Source of the DNA: an uncultured Bdellovibrio sp.
GTDB taxonomy: Bacteria; Bdellovibrionota; Bdellovibrionia; Bdellovibrionales; Bdellovibrionaceae
Assembly: GCA_963932905.1 (NCBI GenBank)
Contig: CAWVRN010000016.1
Coordinates: 32,412-96,411 of the forward strand
Length of the DNA: 64,000 nt
Direction: 5' to 3'
In this document: positions 57,970 through 64,000 of the stretch, piece by piece
How the letters are laid out: each line of letters begins with the position of its first letter
Position numbering within the stretch: the stretch's first letter is position 1
Translations under genes and position numbers: made by a program
The notes under the pieces: model-generated
What the model was told of the DNA's origin: nothing
Databases searched by the model: none
Seen by the model: the letters and a program-made list of their open reading frames with translations, nothing else

Positions 57970-60900
57970 TCATATATTTTCATCAACCTGTTTAGCTCCG
58001 TTGACAAAGTGAGTTTTCGGCGGTGGTTTTGGCAAAAAGATTCGAGCCATCAACCCCTTGCTCCATATTCTGTAGCGGTCCACATAAGAGAAAATTGCGG
58101 GAACAACAACCAACGTCAGAATGGTTGATGAAATCAAACCACCGACGATTGCCCAACCCATCGCCGTTCTCATTTTAGAAGCTTCGTTCAGTCCGATGGC
58201 GATAGGCATTGTGCCCGCGATCAAGGCAAACGAAGTCATCAAGATCGGACGAAGACGAGTTTTCCCTGCGGCAATGATTGCCTCAGATCTTGATTTGCCC
58301 TCGGCCATCATTTGATTGGCAAAATCCACCAAAAGGATGGAGTTCTTGCCGGAAACTCCGAGAAGCAAAAAGATTCCAAGAGTTGCGAAGATACTCATCG
58401 TTTCATGAGTGATATAAAGGGCGTAAAAAGCACCACAAAGCGCAAGTGGCAAAGCGACCAGGATCGTCACGGGGGTCACAAATGATCCATAGAGACTCGC
58501 CAAAATGAGATAAATCAAAACCACCGCGAATCCAATGGCAATACCGGCTGAAGATCCCAAGTCAGCGGAGTTTTCGACATCGCCCGCCCAGTTGTACCTC
58601 ATGGATGTAGGGAGTTTAGTTGCACCCTCGTTCATGAATTTATCGATGTCTCGTGATATATCGCTCAACCCCGCACCAGAAGCGATACCGGCTTGGATTT
58701 GAACGGATCGCCCACGGTCAAGACGGTTGACCTCTGCGGGACCAAGAACTTCCGACCCATCCGCAATATCAGAGAGCCTTACCAACTTGTGATTCACGTT
58801 CGGAACGAGCACTCGTGAAAAACTGTCCTTCAAGTTGCGCTGGTCTTCTTGTAAACGAACACGGACATCATATTCCTTTCCATTTTGTCTGAATTTGGCT
58901 GGGGTAAATCCTTCGACCTGACCTCGCAGCTCAACCCCCATTGTCTTAGAGTTGATACCGTAAGTATTGGCGCGTTCAGGGCGCAGTTTCACGGAAAACT
59001 CCGGCTTTCCTGGCCGAGCATCCGACTCGACATCTTTGATGCGAGAGTCTTTCTTCATAAACTCGACAACTTTTGCCGCATAGGCTTCAACTTCTTTTTG
59101 ATCAGACCCGATCAGATTCAAAATGATCGGCTGTCCACCCATTCCGCCAGTCACATCATAGTCTTTGACGACGGGTTGAGCGTAAGAAAGCTCCTTGAAT
59201 TCAGTTCTCAGTGTTTCCTTAAACTGCGCCGTTGTTCCTCCGCGTTCTTTACCGGACTTCAAAAGTACAAAAACTTGCCCCTTGTTAGCTTCACCGTTAA
59301 AGCCGCCGACAATGACCGGAGCCAAGGCTACACTTGAATGGGACTTGATGATCTTTTCTGCCTTTTCAAGAACGACCTGAGTGCCATCCAGGCTTGTTCC
59401 AGGAGGCAATTCAAATGTCGCAATAATCTGACCGTTATCCATTTCTGGAATAAAAGCGCTGGGAACGCTTTGTGCGGCAACAAGACTAAATACGAAGACA
59501 AGAAGGCTGCCCACAAGCGAGACAATGGGGCGCTTTAAAATCCAGCCTAGAAGAACACCATAGCCATTTTCAAGCTTGGTCTGAAAACGATCAAACCATC
59601 TGACGGTAGCTCCGATGGTGCGATCATAAATAGATCCTGTCGGCATCTTATCGTGTTCATCGTCCATGAAGTAGGCTGACAACATGGGAATAAGCGTTAG
59701 GGCCACGAAGAAGCTGATACCCATTGAAAACGCGATGGTAAGACCGAACTGTTTTAGAAACTGCCCAATCACGCCACTCATAAAACCGACGGGCACGAAT
59801 ACGGAAACGACAACCAAGGTGATGGCGAAGACTGAGAGTTGCAGCTCATTGGTTCCACGATCTGCCGCCGCTTTAGCATCCTCTCCAAGCTTCATACGTC
59901 TGTGGATATTCTCGACGATAACAATGGCATCATCGACAAGAAGTCCCACCGCCAAACTTAAGGCAAGAAGCGAAATGATGTTGATCGAAAATCCCGCCAT
60001 CTGCATCGTAATGAACGCTCCGATAAGCGAGATCGGAAGTGCCAGCGCGGTAATCAATGTCATTTTCATGCTGCCCAGGAAGAAGAAGACCGTAATGACG
60101 GTGAGGATAATAGCGATAATGATCGTCTCGTAAACATCCGCGACGTTATCTTTGATCATTTTACTGCCATCAATAACAGTTTGAATCTTTGCGTTTTGCT
60201 TGCTTGATGAAAACTCCGCATTGAGTTTATCAATAGCCATTTTCGCATCGTCGGCGACTCGGATTGTATTTGTTCCCGATTGGCGAAAAACAAAAAGAAA
60301 GACAGACGATTTTCCATCAATCATGGTGCGGTTTTTCTCATCTTCAACCGTATCCATGACGGTTCCGATAGTTCCTACCTTGGTCGGCACTTCGTTTCCG
60401 TAAAGGTTAATGAGGATGTCAGAAACCTGAGCCGCTGATTCAAATTCCCCAACACCACGGAAGGAGAGTTCTTTCGCGCCGATATTGACTTTACCTCCTG
60501 GGATATTCTCACCTGAAGCTCCAATTTGAGCGGCCACCTGAGAAACGGACATTTCTTTTCGACTGAGCTTTTCACGATCCAAGAGAACTTGAATTTCCCG
60601 TTTTCGGCCCCCGTAAATTTCAACGGCGCCCACATTATTGACCTGTTCAAACCGAGGCTTCACGACCTGATCGGCCAAGTCAAAGAGTTCAGCTTGCTTC
60701 AGATCGGCAGTCATGGCGAGAATCAAAACAGGTTGGTCCGAAGGGTCGAAGCGACGAATAATCGGTTCTTCGATTTCAGTTGGCATTTTTCCGCGAGCCA
60801 AGTTCACTTTGTCTCGGACTTGCTGCTCAACGCGGTCTACATTCACACCTTGTTTAAATTCAGCCACGAGCTGACTGACGCCCTCAAGATTCTTTGAACT

Positions 60901-61140
60901 GAGTCGCTTCAGTCCCGCAATAGATGAGATTTGTTCTTCAAGGGGACGGCTGACCAGCGTTTCGATTTCTGCTGGACCCGCGCCTCTGTAGACCGTGATA
61001 ACTGCGACAACCGGCACATTGATATCAGGAAAAAGATCGACACTCATGGACTTGAAGGCCGCAAATCCTCCAATGACAAGTGACAACATCACACAAACAG
61101 TCAGGGTCGGATTCCGAATGGATAGACGTGCGAGATTCAT
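57970..61140 (-). CDS. RND efflux permease (AcrB/AcrD/AcrF family)
   Basis: 1056 aa; GLLVDDAIVIVENI, KNSILLVD, RLRPILMTS. Confidence 0.95.
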   Translation of the reverse strand: MNLARLSIRNPTLTVCVMLSLVIGGFAAFKSMSVDLFPDINVPVVAVITVYRGAGPAEIETLVSRPLEEQISSIAGLKRLSSKNLEGVSQLVAEFKQGVNVDRVEQQVRDKVNLARGKMPTEIEEPIIRRFDPSDQPVLILAMTADLKQAELFDLADQVVKPRFEQVNNVGAVEIYGGRKREIQVLLDREKLSRKEMSVSQVAAQIGASGENIPGGKVNIGAKELSFRGVGEFESAAQVSDILINLYGNEVPTKVGTIGTVMDTVEDEKNRTMIDGKSSVFLFVFRQSGTNTIRVADDAKMAIDKLNAEFSSSKQNAKIQTVIDGSKMIKDNVADVYETIIIAIILTVITVFFFLGSMKMTLITALALPISLIGAFITMQMAGFSINIISLLALSLAVGLLVDDAIVIVENIHRRMKLGEDAKAAADRGTNELQLSVFAITLVVVSVFVPVGFMSGVIGQFLKQFGLTIAFSMGISFFVALTLIPMLSAYFMDDEHDKMPTGSIYDRTIGATVRWFDRFQTKLENGYGVLLGWILKRPIVSLVGSLLVFVFSLVAAQSVPSAFIPEMDNGQIIATFELPPGTSLDGTQVVLEKAEKIIKSHSSVALAPVIVGGFNGEANKGQVFVLLKSGKERGGTTAQFKETLRTEFKELSYAQPVVKDYDVTGGMGGQPIILNLIGSDQKEVEAYAAKVVEFMKKDSRIKDVESDARPGKPEFSVKLRPERANTYGINSKTMGVELRGQVEGFTPAKFRQNGKEYDVRVRLQEDQRNLKDSFSRVLVPNVNHKLVRLSDIADGSEVLGPAEVNRLDRGRSVQIQAGIASGAGLSDISRDIDKFMNEGATKLPTSMRYNWAGDVENSADLGSSAGIAIGFAVVLIYLILASLYGSFVTPVTILVALPLALCGAFYALYITHETMSIFATLGIFLLLGVSGKNSILLVDFANQMMAEGKSRSEAIIAAGKTRLRPILMTSFALIAGTMPIAIGLNEASKMRTAMGWAIVGGLISSTILTLVVVPAIFSYVDRYRIWSKGLMARIFLPKPPPKTHFVNGAKQVDENI

Positions 61141-61141
61141 A

Positions 61142-62572
61142 TTATTTTTCCTCTCCTGAGTGTTGATAGGCTTTCAGCCCCGAACGTAAGGCCAAGATCT
61201 GCGAAGCAATTTGAGTACGGATGATTTCGGCTTGAGATTGATCCTGTTCGAACAGCAGCACTTGATAGGTTGTCGCGCGGCCCTGCCGAAGCTGAGATTT
61301 TTCTCGATTCAGTTTTGCGGTTTGAGCACTTACCAGCTTATTCGCTAAAGCCAGAGATTCCTTTGCATCCTGAAGTTGCTGGGTCATCATGTTCCAGTCT
61401 TTTTCCTGGGTGAGCTGTTTGTAGCTAAGCTGATCCTTCTGAGCGGTTTCAGATAAACGCGCCCCAGCACGGGCATTGCTGGACGCGGAGAAGTCCAAGG
61501 GGATATTCAAACGCAAACCAATCACTTGAGTGCCACGATCACCACCGTAGAGCTTTGAATTTGAATCTGAGTAAGAATCACCTCGTCCATTGAAGGTATA
61601 GGCGCCATACACATCAAGGGTCGGTTTATTTCGCTCATCGATAATTTTACTATTGGCAACGGCGGCCTCAGTCTGTGCTTCCGCTGCTTTGACATCATAT
61701 CGATCCGAAGGTTTTTTTCCGGGTAAAGGTAAACTTTGTAGAACCTCATAAGGTATGGAATCGAGTTTGTCGGGCACCTCATCGGAGAGGGAGTTTCGCA
61801 TGATATTGAAATTCCGACGTGCAGATTGCTCGTCACTTTTTGCTTTTCTTAATTCTAACTGACGAGCGGCGACCAGGGCCTTTGCTTGCAGAACATCACT
61901 GTCTTCTCCGAGCCGCATCTGGGCTTTCTTGCTAACGTAACTCAAAATCCCTTCAGCTTGTTGCAATGCTTTTTCTTGCGTACTTAGGATCTCTTGACGG
62001 GCCACAAGACTCCAATACGTATTTTCAGCTTCGATTTCATAACCCTTAGAAAGAGCTTTCGCGCCATATTGCTCGGCCTGATTCCCAGAAAGGATCAAAG
62101 ACTTCTGGGCTCGGGATGTTCGCCCAAAGCCGTTGCCCCAGAGAGGCATGGAGAGTTCGAGCGTCGGATTGGTGTCATAAAAATGCGCCGTGCTTCCAGT
62201 TAGCATCGGTGAATTTACGTATTTCGTTTCACTGAGTGAGTAGTAGAGTTTCCCTTGAAGACCAAAACTGAATTGTTGAGCCAGTCCTGCTGACACCGAA
62301 CTCGTCTCGATCCTGTCAAAAACCAAGAGTGGAGGATTCATCTTCTTGCCCTCGGAAGCCATTCTTGCCTCAGTAAAAAACTGTGGCATAAAAAGAAGAT
62401 CCGCTTCGGAGGCTTTCAAATTTGCGGCCTCGGCCTGCTTTTCGGCCCCAATTTGACCTTGATTTGCCCCATTTACCTGTTTCAGGTACTCATCCAAACT
62501 CAAGGCGTAGCTAAACTGTGCCGTGAGTAGCAGCAAAACAAAAACGACAGCTTTAATGAATGGTGAATTCAT
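61142..62572 (-). CDS. TolC family outer-membrane protein
   Basis: Signal peptide, TolC helical/beta repeat pattern, directly upstream of RND. Confidence 0.85.
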   Translation of the reverse strand: MNSPFIKAVVFVLLLLTAQFSYALSLDEYLKQVNGANQGQIGAEKQAEAANLKASEADLLFMPQFFTEARMASEGKKMNPPLLVFDRIETSSVSAGLAQQFSFGLQGKLYYSLSETKYVNSPMLTGSTAHFYDTNPTLELSMPLWGNGFGRTSRAQKSLILSGNQAEQYGAKALSKGYEIEAENTYWSLVARQEILSTQEKALQQAEGILSYVSKKAQMRLGEDSDVLQAKALVAARQLELRKAKSDEQSARRNFNIMRNSLSDEVPDKLDSIPYEVLQSLPLPGKKPSDRYDVKAAEAQTEAAVANSKIIDERNKPTLDVYGAYTFNGRGDSYSDSNSKLYGGDRGTQVIGLRLNIPLDFSASSNARAGARLSETAQKDQLSYKQLTQEKDWNMMTQQLQDAKESLALANKLVSAQTAKLNREKSQLRQGRATTYQVLLFEQDQSQAEIIRTQIASQILALRSGLKAYQHSGEEK

Positions 62573-62624
62573 GCGAACCTTTCCTATATTCCGTGATTGA
62601 CTCTGTTATGATCCAGACGGAAAA

Positions 62625-62642
62625 TGTAAGCGAACGATTACA
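62625..62642. promoter_or_regulatory. Possible TetR operator
   Basis: TGTAAGCG-AA-CGATTACA imperfect palindrome in the divergent tolC/tetR gap. Confidence 0.5.
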
Positions 62643-62745
62643 CTTTAAGGGTAAGTCACTTTTAAAAAGTAATCAAGTGTTTGCACTTAACAGCAAATAC
62701 ACGTCTTTTGACTTGGTATAACTAATTGATATTAAGAGGATTTTT

Positions 62746-63369
62746 ATGAAAAATGTGATGCCTCAATCAAAGAAAATTCGCAAAAATGATAGCTCCGAAT
62801 CAAAGCTGCGCATTCAGAAGGCGGCGATAGAAGTCTTTGCGAAAAATGGGTTTGCTGCGGCTTCAACTCGCATGATTGCCAAACGAGCCAAGCTCAACAT
62901 CTCGCTAATCTCCCGTTACTTTGGCGGGAAAGAACAGCTTTTTATGAGCATAATCGAGGGAGAAGTCGAAAGAGCTGTCAAGTCAGACTTCGACTACCCC
63001 TTCAGAGAGTCTTTCCAAGACGAAGTCATGTCTTATATAGATTTTGTGTATCGCAGCTTGAAAGCAAATATTAAACTTTTTCGGATCGTGGTCGCACAAT
63101 CCGTTATCGATCCTGTTTTCGCAAAAAAAATTAAAAATTCGGTCGCGCCTCAGGAGGACCCACGTCTTCAAGTTCGGCTAGAAAAATTGAAGGCATCAGG
63201 TGCCATTGCCGCTGATATTGATATTCGAGATCTCAGCCTAACTATTTTTACTTTGGCAACGAATCAAAGTATCTGCGAGCTTCTTATCTTTCAAACTCCT
63301 AGTGAGGAACTTCAAAAGAATGCTCAACATTTTTTAAAAATACTTAACAGAAATGTGGCCTCGATATAA
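62746..63369 (+). CDS. TetR/AcrR family regulator
   Basis: FAKNGFAAASTRMIAKRAKLNISLISRYFGGKEQL. Confidence 0.9.
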   Translation: MKNVMPQSKKIRKNDSSESKLRIQKAAIEVFAKNGFAAASTRMIAKRAKLNISLISRYFGGKEQLFMSIIEGEVERAVKSDFDYPFRESFQDEVMSYIDFVYRSLKANIKLFRIVVAQSVIDPVFAKKIKNSVAPQEDPRLQVRLEKLKASGAIAADIDIRDLSLTIFTLATNQSICELLIFQTPSEELQKNAQHFLKILNRNVASI

Positions 63370-63428
63370 ACAGCGTCCCTCTTCTTGTGCGAACTCTGTA
63401 GTCTCGCCGCCGACAGCGGAAGCTATCG

Positions 63429-63929
63429 CTAGGATTTTAGTTTGAATCGAAAACGTGCGATTTGCTCCTCGTTCAATCGATGAAAAATCCCCTGTCCCGA
63501 GACATGAGGGATTTTGTCTAACCCATAAATCGTTGCGTGGACATCCAGGGTTTTTGGGGTTTCCGATACGATTTCCGTAAACACGAGGGCTTCTTCGTGA
63601 AGAGGCAGGAGTTTGACGTAACGGAGTTCGAGTTTTTCGGTCACGCAGTGTTCATTTCGATGCCATACGGCAATCCCCATGACTTCATCCATGAGACCCG
63701 CGCTTGCGCCCCCGTGAACGCATCCCGGAGGTCCTTCCGCCGCATCCAGAAATTTAACCTTCGTTAAAAACAATGTCTTGCGGGTGGAATGAATCCAGTG
63801 GGTGACTTGAAAAAGTGTGCTGGCCTTTCCAGAAACGAAACTTTTCTGCCAGTTCGGAAATCCCGGTTCGATCTGCGTAAAATTGCCGAAATCAAAATCG
63901 GGAACTACTGCATAAAGAAGATTTTTCAC
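63429..63929 (-). CDS. PaaI/hotdog-fold thioesterase
   Basis: EGPPGCVHGGASAGLMDEVMG. Confidence 0.85.
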   Translation of the reverse strand: MKNLLYAVVPDFDFGNFTQIEPGFPNWQKSFVSGKASTLFQVTHWIHSTRKTLFLTKVKFLDAAEGPPGCVHGGASAGLMDEVMGIAVWHRNEHCVTEKLELRYVKLLPLHEEALVFTEIVSETPKTLDVHATIYGLDKIPHVSGQGIFHRLNEEQIARFRFKLKS

Positions 63930-64000
63930 TTAGCACCATCTTTCACGGAAAATTTCAGGATAGTTGTCGTGTTTGATCAACACGCTTGTTGAAGTTCAAC

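Noticed and set aside
672..63992. Many 60-180 aa ORFs antisense or out-of-frame within larger genes
   Set aside because: Shadow ORFs overlapping well-supported genes, with no motifs or RBS.
54400..64000. Right att site of the ICE
   Set aside because: No copy of the left-junction sequence or tRNA was found by eye; the boundary may lie outside the window.

Overview
Gram-negative bacterial chromosome segment, most likely Bdellovibrionota (inferred from the TIGR02147/DUF4423-type regulator, Bdellovibrio-style pilin and many orphan secreted proteins). 1-21 kb: AT-rich accessory genes (pqiAB-like, AhpD-Rrf2, a Fur-family-controlled diheme peroxidase/Tat-metallophosphoesterase/cytochrome c operon, TetR, pilin, MerR-GFA). 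21.2-25.7 kb: island-accretion zone with an argH remnant, two ~376-bp direct repeats with integrase arm-like TGTAG boxes and a tRNA-Ser-like att core. ~25.7-54.4 kb: visibly more GC-rich integrative conjugative element (tyrosine integrase, Xis, MOB-P relaxase/MobC, RP4-like nic site, F-like tra genes, PilB/GspE-type ATPase, coupling protein fused to TraU, PIN-HTH toxin-antitoxin). At its far end is the best candidate for a new system: a five-gene operon (secreted small protein, HExxH enzyme, orphan family-5 peptide-binding protein, histidine kinase, sigma54 activator). Its own promoter and the tra-operon promoter both carry a sigma54 -24/-12 box plus the same 17-bp helically phased upstream repeat. 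This is the wiring expected of a peptide quorum-sensing circuit controlling conjugation. 54.7-64 kb: squalene/phytoene synthase-like gene, TolC-RND-TetR cluster with a relic of a second RND gene, and a hotdog thioesterase. All product calls come from motif recognition by eye; no database searches were run.
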